This document shows positions 48,229 through 56,377 of a stretch of DNA of 64,000 bases, one piece after another. The notes under the pieces were generated by a model. It saw only the letters and a program-made list of their open reading frames with translations, searched no databases and was not told where the DNA came from. The stretch comes from Candidatus Ornithospirochaeta stercorigallinarum (GTDB lineage: Bacteria; Spirochaetota; Spirochaetia; Sphaerochaetales; Sphaerochaetaceae): the NCBI GenBank assembly GCA_018711525.1, contig DVIF01000057.1:3985-67984 (forward strand). The letters are read 5' to 3'. A program made the translations under genes and the position numbers. Each line of letters opens with the position of its first letter. Position 1 is the stretch's first letter.

Positions 48229-49633
48229 TTCAATTCAGGACAGAGCGGAATACGAAAGGATTGTAGATAAGACAAAAGAAGCGATCCTCTCCTCCTACTC
48301 GGATGATTCGGCTTTTTCCGGCATCAATCCATATCAGCTGAGAAGACAGATTGAGAAAATCGGACTGCTTCAAGAGGATGGACTTGGTTTTGATAGGACA
48401 CTCCAGCTTGTAAAAGATGAGATACTTCCCCATCTTCTCAGGACATGGAGCAGAAGCTATATGCCCCACCTCCATTCCCCCGCCCTGCTCGAGTCCCTCT
48501 CTGCGGAGATGATCATCTCTGCATTCAATGACAGCATGGACAGCTGGGACCAGGGACCGGCGGCGACAGAGGTCGAGGCCATGGTCATAAAGGAGCTGCT
48601 ACGTCTCTTCGGATTTGATAGAGATTGCGGAGACGGGGCATTCACATCGGGAGGAAGTCAGTCGAACCTCACTGCGATTACCGCAGCAAGGGACAAGGTA
48701 TTGATGAATAAATTCTCCTGGGATGTGAAGAAAAAGGGACTTATCCCCGACTTCCACAGACTGAGGCTTTACACATCCGAAATCTCCCATTTCTCCATGG
48801 ATAAGAGCGCCCACCTCCTGGGCCTGGGATATGATGCTGTAAGACACATCAAAGTCAATGACAGGTGCCAGGTCGACATCCCTTCATTCGAGAAGATGCT
48901 TAAAGAGGATGCAGAGAAAGGCCTCATCCCGTTCATGGCTGTGGCGACACTTGGAACGACGGACTACGGCTCGATAGATGATGTAGGAAAGATCAGAAGG
49001 CTTTCAGATAGTTATGGTATGCATCTTCATCTGGATGCCGCATACGGCAGTGCTCTTATTTTGAGCGACAAGGAGAAGAAGAGGCTTGGCAGCATAGAAC
49101 TTGCCGATTCGATCACAATCGACTTCCATAAGATGTTCCTGCTGCCTATCAGCTGTTCGGCAGTCCTTTTCAAGGATAAAAAGGACCTTGAGCCGTTCCT
49201 CCTTCATGCCGACTACCTCAACAGGGAGGAGGATGAGGAGGACGGATACCTCAATCTCGTCGGCAAGGGAATACAGACCACAAGACGTTTTGATGCTCTT
49301 AAGGTACTGTTTTCCTGCAAGGCAAGGGGAAGGAGGGAGTATGCCTCCATCATCGAGAAATCCCTTTCGAACGCAGAGTACGTCTATCGCATCCTATCCG
49401 GCGACGAGTCTTTCATAGCACCTGTCAAACCTGAACTGAGTTCCGTAGTCTTCGCACTTAAGGGAGGAGATGACCTGAACAGGAGGGTAAGGAGGACTCT
49501 GCTTGAAGAAGGATGCGTCATCGGCCAGACGGTCAAGGACGGCTCTGTGATGCTTAAGCTCACCCTGCTCAATCCAAATCTGGAAAAGGAAGACCTTGAA
49601 AACCTCATAAAGCATATCAAAGAAATGAGGTAA
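48200..49633 (+). CDS. ddc: L-2,4-diaminobutyrate decarboxylase (group II PLP decarboxylase)
   Basis: Motifs FTSGGSQSNL, HLDAAYG and the PLP-lysine motif DFHKMF. It overlaps the dat 3' end. Start uncertain (ATG 48200 chosen; the track gives 48167). Confidence 0.78.
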   Translation: MKVSGYTLSDSIQDRAEYERIVDKTKEAILSSYSDDSAFSGINPYQLRRQIEKIGLLQEDGLGFDRTLQLVKDEILPHLLRTWSRSYMPHLHSPALLESLSAEMIISAFNDSMDSWDQGPAATEVEAMVIKELLRLFGFDRDCGDGAFTSGGSQSNLTAITAARDKVLMNKFSWDVKKKGLIPDFHRLRLYTSEISHFSMDKSAHLLGLGYDAVRHIKVNDRCQVDIPSFEKMLKEDAEKGLIPFMAVATLGTTDYGSIDDVGKIRRLSDSYGMHLHLDAAYGSALILSDKEKKRLGSIELADSITIDFHKMFLLPISCSAVLFKDKKDLEPFLLHADYLNREEDEEDGYLNLVGKGIQTTRRFDALKVLFSCKARGRREYASIIEKSLSNAEYVYRILSGDESFIAPVKPELSSVVFALKGGDDLNRRVRRTLLEEGCVIGQTVKDGSVMLKLTLLNPNLEKEDLENLIKHIKEMR

Positions 49634-49638
49634 TATGC

Positions 49639-49670
49639 GCCCTGGGCATTCCAGGGCTAATTAATTTTAT
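49639..49670 (+). terminator. Hairpin terminator after ddc
   Basis: Stem gccctgg/ccagggc (49639-49645 / 49651-49657) followed by A/T-rich taattaatttta. Confidence 0.55.
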
Positions 49671-49766
49671 TCTGAAAACAAAACTTCCCAAATTACATTA
49701 TTGATTTAAAATTTCCACGTATTTTTCAAAAGTTTACATTCCTAAGGTTTTTTACATTACATACAT

Positions 49767-50141
49767 ATGGAACTTGATGATCTGATCAAAGCATTTTGGG
49801 GAAGACTGGAAATCAGGATTATAGACTATGGTTTCTCCTCCCTGAGGAATTTCTGTTATTCAAAGGGGTTGAACTACCAGGTGATTGTCGCGGCAAGGAG
49901 GAAACTTGAGTTTCCAAGACTGGAAGAGATAATCAAGTTCACAGAATATCTGGACATAGACCTCAATACGCTGGTATATGGTGCAGGATTCGAGGAGGTC
50001 GAAGAGAGGATTGAAGAGAAGAGCAGGATGAAGAAGTCCGATCTGAGGAGGTTCAGAAGGATTTTCGAGACTCTTCAGCATTCAGATCCGATCAGGATAG
50101 CCGCAGTCGAGATAGCACTCGGCATATATGAAGGGAAATAG
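49767..50141 (+). CDS. XRE-like helix-turn-helix protein (tentative)
   Basis: 124 aa. GFSSLRNFCYSKGLNYQVIVAARRKLEFPRLEEIIKFTEYLDIDLNTLVYG fits the HTH_XRE helix pattern. The C-terminus is charged. Confidence 0.45.
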   Translation: MELDDLIKAFWGRLEIRIIDYGFSSLRNFCYSKGLNYQVIVAARRKLEFPRLEEIIKFTEYLDIDLNTLVYGAGFEEVEERIEEKSRMKKSDLRRFRRIFETLQHSDPIRIAAVEIALGIYEGK

Positions 50142-50220
50142 GTTGCCTTTCCTCTGTATTTATAAATAAGTTACAGTAATCTTTTTTTTGTTTTTTTCAT
50201 TGAAATTACATATTACACTA

Positions 50221-50251
50221 TTGAGCTAAAGTTAACTTTAAGGAGTATCTT
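50221..50251 (+). promoter_or_regulatory. MerR-type promoter with 19-bp spacer and a perfect 14-bp palindrome
   Basis: TTGAGC (50221-50226), a 19-nt spacer containing TAAAGTTAACTTTA (50227-50240), then TATCTT (50246-50251). It lies about 65 nt upstream of the MerR-family gene. Confidence 0.5.
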
Positions 50252-50316
50252 TTTCTCTAGATGTTGATGTCTATTTACGTTTTAGAATAATAGACCTGTG
50301 ATTTTGAGGATTGGAA

Positions 50317-50670
50317 ATGACGATAAAAGAGATTTCTGATAAGCACCATGTAAGTCAGACGACTCTCAGATATTATGAAAACATAGGAATAATCTCCCCT
50401 GTGACCCGCAAGAACGGGATAAGGGATTATCAGGATAGCGATGAGAAGGCGATTGAGACCGTCCTTAAGATGAGGAAAGCAGGACTTTCCTTGAAGAGCA
50501 TAGAAAGATACCTGAGCTATAAGAACGACGGAGAGGCCTCACACACAAAGCGCATAGAGATACTCAAGAGGGAGAGAGAGAGTCTGATGCGCAGGAAACA
50601 TGAGATTGAAGGATATCTAGAGCATCTTGAATGGAAGATCAGGGAGCTTAGTGAATCCTCAAACAATTAA
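50317..50670 (+). CDS. MerR family transcriptional regulator (short, no obvious effector domain)
   Basis: MTIKEISDKHHVSQTTLRYYENIGIISP is a MerR HTH. A coiled-coil dimerisation helix follows. GAGGA lies 6 nt upstream of ATG 50317. Confidence 0.85.
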   Translation: MTIKEISDKHHVSQTTLRYYENIGIISPVTRKNGIRDYQDSDEKAIETVLKMRKAGLSLKSIERYLSYKNDGEASHTKRIEILKRERESLMRRKHEIEGYLEHLEWKIRELSESSNN

Positions 50671-50712
50671 AATGCTTATTTAGCTCTTTGAGCTTTATAG
50701 TTTTTCCTTTTT

Positions 50713-50741
50713 GCATAGCCCGTCCGGGCTATGCTTTTTTT
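50713..50741 (+). terminator. Intrinsic terminator after the MerR-family gene
   Basis: Stem gcatagccc/gggctatgc with a 4-nt loop and a 7-T run. Confidence 0.85.
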
Positions 50742-50930
50742 CACCTCATATTCAATATTTTCATATCGATTCCCTATCTTTCAACAATGCAAATAAATAA
50801 TTTTTAAGATTTTTTATGCAGAATTCTGAATATTTTTTGCATATTAATACATAAAACTATTTTCTTTCTCCTTCATTCCATGTATCATGTACCCAAATTT
50901 TCATAGAAAGCAATCTTAAGGAGGCAGAAC

Positions 50931-52100
50931 ATGAAAAGAACATTACTTTCAATTACTACCCTGCTCATCGCATCCTGCATGCTTTTTGCAGGTGGTGCAA
51001 AAGAAGAGGGAAACGTAATCAAGATCGGAGTCTTCGAACCTGCAAGCGGGGACAACGGTGCGGGTGGAAAGCAGGAGACGCTAGGCATCCAGTATGCCAA
51101 CCATCTCACCCCTACCCTCACCCTTGATGGAGTTGAATACACCGTAGAGCTTGTCATTGCAGACAATGAAAGCTCGAACGACAGGGCTGCAAGTGCTGCA
51201 GCGACCCTCATAAACGAAGGAATCAGTGTCGCACTCGGCTCCTATGGCTCCGGAGTATCGATTGCAGGAAGCGATACATTCCGCGCCGCAGGTGTTCCTG
51301 TCATCGGTATCACATGCACCAATCCCCAGGTAACGGAAGGAAACACCCATTATTTCAGAATCTGCTTTCTAGACCCGTTCCAGGGAACGGTTCTTGCCAA
51401 CTATGCATATAACGTACTCGGAGTTGAGAAGGCATACTGCCTTGCAAAGCTCGGTGACGACTACTCAGGTGGACTTGTGAACTACTTCATCGAAGCATTC
51501 GAGAGCCTCGGAGGGACATGTGTCTCTGAAACATTCCCTGAGGGAAACAGTGATTTCACATCCTACATCGCAAATGCAAAGAACTCGGGATGCGAGATCT
51601 TCTTCTCACCTGTCTCCACAGAGGCGGCACAGCTCATCATAAACCAGGCATCAAGCCAGGGCCTTGGGATGCCTATTCTTGCAGGGGACACATGGGATTC
51701 GAACGTAGTCCTTCAAGCTGCGAAAGGCACTGATGTGGATATCACAATCACGACATTCTACCCCGAAGGAGCGGATGCATCCTTCGACAACGGCTTCAAG
51801 GAATGGGTCAACGCAGACTCGACAAGGCTCAGCAACAATGGCGGTGATGATACTGTAGCTGCTGTGACTGCAATGGGCTATGACGCATACTACTTCGCAC
51901 TCCAGGCGATTGAGAATGCCGGATCTACAGACCCTGCGGATGTAATGCAGGCGCTCTGGACGACGGAGATCGATGGAGTATCGGGACACATTGCACTCGA
52001 GCAGGTCAACGGAGATGCGATTAGGAACACTGCATACGTAAAACACTGCAACAACGAAGATGGTACCTGGGATGCACTTCCCGCCGTAACTGTAGAGTAA
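50931..52100 (+). CDS. Branched-chain amino acid ABC transporter substrate-binding protein (LivJ/K-like)
   Basis: 389 aa with signal peptide and lipobox-like IASC and a type I periplasmic-binding fold pattern (IKIGVFEPASG...). First gene of the liv-type operon. Confidence 0.82.
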   Translation: MKRTLLSITTLLIASCMLFAGGAKEEGNVIKIGVFEPASGDNGAGGKQETLGIQYANHLTPTLTLDGVEYTVELVIADNESSNDRAASAAATLINEGISVALGSYGSGVSIAGSDTFRAAGVPVIGITCTNPQVTEGNTHYFRICFLDPFQGTVLANYAYNVLGVEKAYCLAKLGDDYSGGLVNYFIEAFESLGGTCVSETFPEGNSDFTSYIANAKNSGCEIFFSPVSTEAAQLIINQASSQGLGMPILAGDTWDSNVVLQAAKGTDVDITITTFYPEGADASFDNGFKEWVNADSTRLSNNGGDDTVAAVTAMGYDAYYFALQAIENAGSTDPADVMQALWTTEIDGVSGHIALEQVNGDAIRNTAYVKHCNNEDGTWDALPAVTVE

Positions 52101-52118
52101 AGACATCAGACCCTATTG

Positions 52119-52156
52119 AGCGGTAGGAGGAAATGCTTCTACCGCTTATTCATTTT
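52119..52156 (+). other. Intercistronic hairpin between the binding-protein and permease genes
   Basis: Stem agcggtag/ctaccgct (52119-52126 / 52139-52146) followed by tattcatttt. It could act as a partial terminator or mRNA stabiliser. Confidence 0.5.
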
Positions 52157-52167
52157 CAGGAGACCGG

Positions 52168-53082
52168 ATGATAGACTTTCTTCACACAAACCTTTCATAT
52201 TTTCTTTCGGGGATATCCGTAGGAGGACAGTACGCCCTTATCGCAATCGGATACACGATGGTATATGGAATACTAAGACTAATAAATTTCGCACACGGGG
52301 ATGTGTTCATGTGCGCGGGGCTGATGATGGTATATCTATCTGCAAGCTTTCCCATGTACATCTCGATCCCCCTTACACTGATACTTACCGTCCTGCTCGG
52401 CTTTCTCATAGAACGTGTCGCATACAGGCCTCTGAGGAATGCACCAAGGATGTCTGTGATGATCAGTGCAATCGGCGTTTCTTATCTGATTCAGAATGCT
52501 GCATTGTACTTCACAGGGGGACTTGCAAAGATCTACCCTGAAATCCCTCTTCTGAGCCATACGGTGACGATATGGGATTCCCCGACCAGGGCTGTCACGA
52601 TAATAACACCGTTTCTGACCATCATCCTCGTAGTCCTCCTGACACTTTTAATCAAGCACACGAAGATAGGAATGGCGATGAGGGCGGTATCAAGGGATTT
52701 CGAGACAAGCCAGCTCATGGGAATAAAGATAAACAACATAATAAGTGCAACTTTCGTAATTGGCTCCCTCCTCGCAGGCATCGGCTCGATACTCTACTTC
52801 TCCAACTACTCTTCAGTTGTGCCGACAAGCGGAAGCATGCCGGGACTCAAAGCATTTGTCGCAGCAGTCTTCGGGGGTATCGGAAGCATCCCAGGAGCCG
52901 TGATAGGAGCATTCATAATCGGAATATGCGAGAACATCATCAGAGGAGGGGCAAGCATATTCGGAGTCCCGGGAACGGGATGGACGACTTTCTCGGATGC
53001 CTTCACTTTCGCACTTCTCATCGTCATCCTGGTCGTCAAACCTACCGGACTGTTCGGCGAAAAGAGCATCGACAAGGTCTGA
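52168..53082 (+). CDS. livH: Branched-chain amino acid ABC transporter permease
   Basis: 304 aa with YALIAIGYTMVYGILRLINFAHGD, typical of LivH. Confidence 0.9.
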   Translation: MIDFLHTNLSYFLSGISVGGQYALIAIGYTMVYGILRLINFAHGDVFMCAGLMMVYLSASFPMYISIPLTLILTVLLGFLIERVAYRPLRNAPRMSVMISAIGVSYLIQNAALYFTGGLAKIYPEIPLLSHTVTIWDSPTRAVTIITPFLTIILVVLLTLLIKHTKIGMAMRAVSRDFETSQLMGIKINNIISATFVIGSLLAGIGSILYFSNYSSVVPTSGSMPGLKAFVAAVFGGIGSIPGAVIGAFIIGICENIIRGGASIFGVPGTGWTTFSDAFTFALLIVILVVKPTGLFGEKSIDKV

Positions 53083-53091
53083 GGAGGAATC

Positions 53092-54240
53092 ATGGAAAAA
53101 GAGAACAGCAAGAGAAAGAACAACATAGAGATGTTCATCTTCATCGCAGCAATATACATCGTAGTCCTGATTCTCGAGATGACAGTAAGAAGCACGAGCA
53201 TACTTTTTACAGTCTTGAGAAAAGGTGCCATATACTCCCTGGTAGCAGTCTCAATGAACCTTCTGAACGGATTCACGGGTCTCTTCTCCCTTGGACAGGC
53301 AGGATTCATGCTCCTTGGCGCCTATACATATGGAATACTTACGATGCCATCATCAGTAAAGGAAGGGACAAGCGTCTACAGGTATTACGAGGCTTTGATA
53401 AAATTCGACACAGGCATCTTCGTAGGTCTTATCGCCGCAGGTCTTGTCGCAGCACTCTTTGCCGCAGTAATAGGACTTCCCGTGCTCAGGCTCAAGAGTG
53501 ATTACTTGGCGATCGCAACACTTGGTTTTGCAGAGATCATCAGGGCTGTATGCCAGTGGGACGTCCTAGGCCCGATAACCAACGGTGCGAACATGATCCG
53601 CAGCTATAAGGACCTGACAAGCGTGAAGATTCCTTTCACTGACATACCATTTCCTCCCACACTCTTTATTTTCATCGTCGTTGGTATCTGCATTGCGATA
53701 ATAGTGATGCTCATAAACTCCTCATACGGAAGGGCGTTCAAGGCGATAAGGGATGATGAGGTTGCCGCAGAGGCCATGGGCATCAACCTCTTCAAGCATA
53801 AGGAGTTGAGTTTTGTCATCTCCTCGTTCTTCGCAGGAATTTCCGGGGCGCTCCTTGCGATGTTCCAGTATACGGTCCAGGCATCACAGTTCAAGACAAG
53901 CATGACCTACGAGCTTCTTCTGATAGTCGTAATCGGAGGAATAGGATCCATTAGTGGTTCCTGCATCGCATCCTTTTTGTACATCGCACTCTCCGAGTGG
54001 TGGCTCCGCGGCCTCGACATGGGCTCTTTCCTCGGAATAAAAGCCGAGACGCTCTTCCGCTCCGGATTCAGAAGACTTGTCTTTTCCCTGGCCATCATGG
54101 TAATCGTCCTTTTCTTCAGTAAAGGACTTATGGGAGACAAGGAGCTCTCCTTCCAGAGGATTGGAGCGAGGATCAAGGGAATCGGCAGTCATTTGAAGAG
54201 AAACGGAAGAAGGAGGGCTGATGATGGAAAACATTCTTGA
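53092..54240 (+). CDS. livM: Branched-chain amino acid ABC transporter permease
   Basis: 382 aa with GFTGLFSLGQAGFMLLGAY and LRLKSDYLAIATLGFAEI, typical of LivM. Confidence 0.9.
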   Translation: MEKENSKRKNNIEMFIFIAAIYIVVLILEMTVRSTSILFTVLRKGAIYSLVAVSMNLLNGFTGLFSLGQAGFMLLGAYTYGILTMPSSVKEGTSVYRYYEALIKFDTGIFVGLIAAGLVAALFAAVIGLPVLRLKSDYLAIATLGFAEIIRAVCQWDVLGPITNGANMIRSYKDLTSVKIPFTDIPFPPTLFIFIVVGICIAIIVMLINSSYGRAFKAIRDDEVAAEAMGINLFKHKELSFVISSFFAGISGALLAMFQYTVQASQFKTSMTYELLLIVVIGGIGSISGSCIASFLYIALSEWWLRGLDMGSFLGIKAETLFRSGFRRLVFSLAIMVIVLFFSKGLMGDKELSFQRIGARIKGIGSHLKRNGRRRADDGKHS

Positions 54241-55069
54241 ACTAGAGAACGTCACGATGCAGTTCGGAGGTGTCGTCGCAGTCAACAACCTCTCTCTTAA
54301 AGTAGGAAAGGATGAGATCGTAGCCCTCATCGGACCTAATGGCGCAGGAAAGACGACTGCATTCAACTGTATCACAGGGGTGTACGAGCCGACAAACGGA
54401 GCAATCAACTTCAACGGCAGGAGGATAATTGTGAACACCCCTCAGGCAAAGATGAGGAAACTATATGCAGGTGAGCACAAGAGCCTCTATGCGAAGGAGA
54501 AAGTGCTCTCCCCCACCCCCGACGAGATAACAAAGATGGGGATTGCCAGGACATTTCAGAACATCAGGCTCTTCAAGAGCATGAGTGTCTATGACAATGT
54601 CCTGACGGCGATGCATCTGAGGGCAAGGCAGAATGTCTTTTCTGCCACATTCCGTCTCAGCTACAAGGAGGAGAGACGGATGAGAGCTGAGACTGAAGAG
54701 CTTCTCAAGGAGCAGAATCTATATGAGGTAAGGAATGAGATTGCCACAAGCCTTCCCTATGGAAAGCAGAGAAGACTTGAGATAGCAAGGGCACTCGCAA
54801 CAAGACCTAAGCTGCTTCTTCTTGACGAGCCTGCTGCGGGCATGAATCCGCAGGAGACCCAGGAGCTTGCATCCTTCATCAAGGAGATAAAGGACCGCTA
54901 CGCTCTCTCCATATTCATGATCGAGCACCACATGGACCTTGTAATGAACATCTCGGACAGGATCTATGTACTCGATTTCGGCTCACTTATAGCAGAAGGG
55001 AGCTCAGAGGAGATACAGAGGAACCAGAAAGTAATCGATGCCTACTTAGGAGTGAAGGAAGATGTTTGA
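54221..55069 (+). CDS. livG: Branched-chain amino acid ABC transporter ATP-binding protein
   Basis: Walker A GPNGAGKTT, signature LPYGKQRRLEIARAL and Walker B LLLDEPAAGMN, with a LivG-type insertion. Confidence 0.9.
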   Translation: MMENILELENVTMQFGGVVAVNNLSLKVGKDEIVALIGPNGAGKTTAFNCITGVYEPTNGAINFNGRRIIVNTPQAKMRKLYAGEHKSLYAKEKVLSPTPDEITKMGIARTFQNIRLFKSMSVYDNVLTAMHLRARQNVFSATFRLSYKEERRMRAETEELLKEQNLYEVRNEIATSLPYGKQRRLEIARALATRPKLLLLDEPAAGMNPQETQELASFIKEIKDRYALSIFMIEHHMDLVMNISDRIYVLDFGSLIAEGSSEEIQRNQKVIDAYLGVKEDV

Positions 55070-55760
55070 AATCAGGAATTTGAAAGTCAATTATGGTGGA
55101 ATCGAGGCGGTAAGGGATATCTCCTTCTCAGTACCGGACGGCTCGATAGTCACCCTTATCGGTGCAAATGGCGCAGGTAAGAGTACGACGCTCAGGACGA
55201 TAGCAGGACTTGTGAAGGCAAGAAGCGGGAAGATTGAGTTCAATGGAGAGGATATCACGAACAAGGAGCCGACATACATAGTGCAGAGGGGGATCACACT
55301 GGTTCCGGAGGGAAGGAAGATCTTTGCCGACCTTACCGTCCTTGAGAATCTGAAGATAGGTGCATACCTGAGAAAGGACAGCATCTATGACGACATTGAA
55401 TGGGTATACACCCTCTTTCCGCGGCTCAAGGAAAGGCACTGGCAGCTTGGAGGCACACTCTCAGGAGGCGAGCAGCAGATGCTGGCGGTGGCAAGGGCGC
55501 TGATGTCGCGGCCTAAGATGATAATGATGGATGAGCCGTCGCTCGGGCTTGCACCGCTGATCGTCAAAGACATCTTCAAGATAATAAAGGAGATAAACAG
55601 ACAAGGTGTGACGATCCTTCTCATCGAGCAGAATGCCAACATGGCGTTGCAGACAGCAGATATGGCCTATGTCATGGAGACAGGGGAGATAACTCTCTCA
55701 GGAAAAGGTGAAGAGCTGCTTAGAAATGAAGATGTGAAGAAAGCCTATCTCGGCTCATAG
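55062..55760 (+). CDS. livF: Branched-chain amino acid ABC transporter ATP-binding protein
   Basis: Walker A GANGAGKST, signature LSGGEQQMLAVARAL and Walker B IMMDEPSLGLAP. Confidence 0.9.
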   Translation: MFEIRNLKVNYGGIEAVRDISFSVPDGSIVTLIGANGAGKSTTLRTIAGLVKARSGKIEFNGEDITNKEPTYIVQRGITLVPEGRKIFADLTVLENLKIGAYLRKDSIYDDIEWVYTLFPRLKERHWQLGGTLSGGEQQMLAVARALMSRPKMIMMDEPSLGLAPLIVKDIFKIIKEINRQGVTILLIEQNANMALQTADMAYVMETGEITLSGKGEELLRNEDVKKAYLGS

Positions 55761-55783
55761 GGATGAGGGGGCTACTCCCTCAT

Positions 55784-56377
55784 TCATCCCAGAGATACGA
55801 AATTCCTGACAGGTATGGTGAAGAGTATTCCCATGCCTTTCTTTTTCAGGCATTCCATCTCCCTGATGGCATCAACGACCTTCTCAGCGACATCACTCTC
55901 AGCTACTATCATGAGGATCTCCTTCTCAGGCACGATGGAAATACCGAAGAACTTCGCATCCTCCTCGCTTGCGGTGCCATGTGCGTTTACTATCGTACCT
56001 CCGCTTGCACCTGCCTTCCTTGCATGTGCCATGACATCCTCGCTGTATCCTTTCTCTACTATCACCTCTATAAGCTGCCATTCATTATTCATAGCTTTAT
56101 CCTCACTCATGTTTGCGTCCATTATGAAAGCCACACCTTTTTTGCTTCTTGTGGAGATGCAGCTTGAAAGAACGCTTTCAAGATCGTCCTCTCCAAGGAG
56201 GCTCATTATGACTTCCTTCATGCTTTCCCCAAGCCCGAGAACGGAAAGTATGCTGCTCGAGGCGGTACCACGTGCGAAACAGATCGTCCCACCTTTGGCT
56301 CCGGATTCCCTCATAGCTTTCATCACACGTTCCCCTTCCCCTTTCTGGACAACGGCCATCAACAGGTAGTTTTTCAT
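55784..56377 (-). CDS. Tandem PII-like (nitrogen regulatory protein P-II superfamily) protein
   Basis: 197 aa made of two similar halves (LLMAVVQKGEGERVMKAMRESGAKGGTICFARGTA and LIEVIVEKGYSEDVMAHARKAGASGGTIVNAHGTA). Its start overlaps the DUF1538 gene stop by 4 nt. Confidence 0.65.
   Translation of the reverse strand: MKNYLLMAVVQKGEGERVMKAMRESGAKGGTICFARGTASSSILSVLGLGESMKEVIMSLLGEDDLESVLSSCISTRSKKGVAFIMDANMSEDKAMNNEWQLIEVIVEKGYSEDVMAHARKAGASGGTIVNAHGTASEEDAKFFGISIVPEKEILMIVAESDVAEKVVDAIREMECLKKKGMGILFTIPVRNFVSLG

Noticed and set aside
50261-50290. 9-aa mini-ORF (MLMSIYVLE) downstream of the AAGGAG in the MerR-type promoter spacer
   Set aside because: The AAGGAG lies 15 nt from the ATG and inside the promoter spacer. 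The peptide is too short to support.
50819-50828. CAGAATTCTG palindrome, and a CodY-box-like AGAATTCTGAATATT upstream of the liv operon
   Set aside because: The palindrome is only 10 bp and the flanks do not extend it. The match to AATTTTCWGAAAATT has about four mismatches. I cannot establish that a CodY homologue exists in this organism. It is recorded only as a possible operator.
52572-53501. 309-aa Arg/His-rich ORF in an alternative frame across livH/livM
   Set aside because: It is an out-of-frame read-through of two conserved permease genes. Its extreme basic, low-complexity composition is not protein-like.
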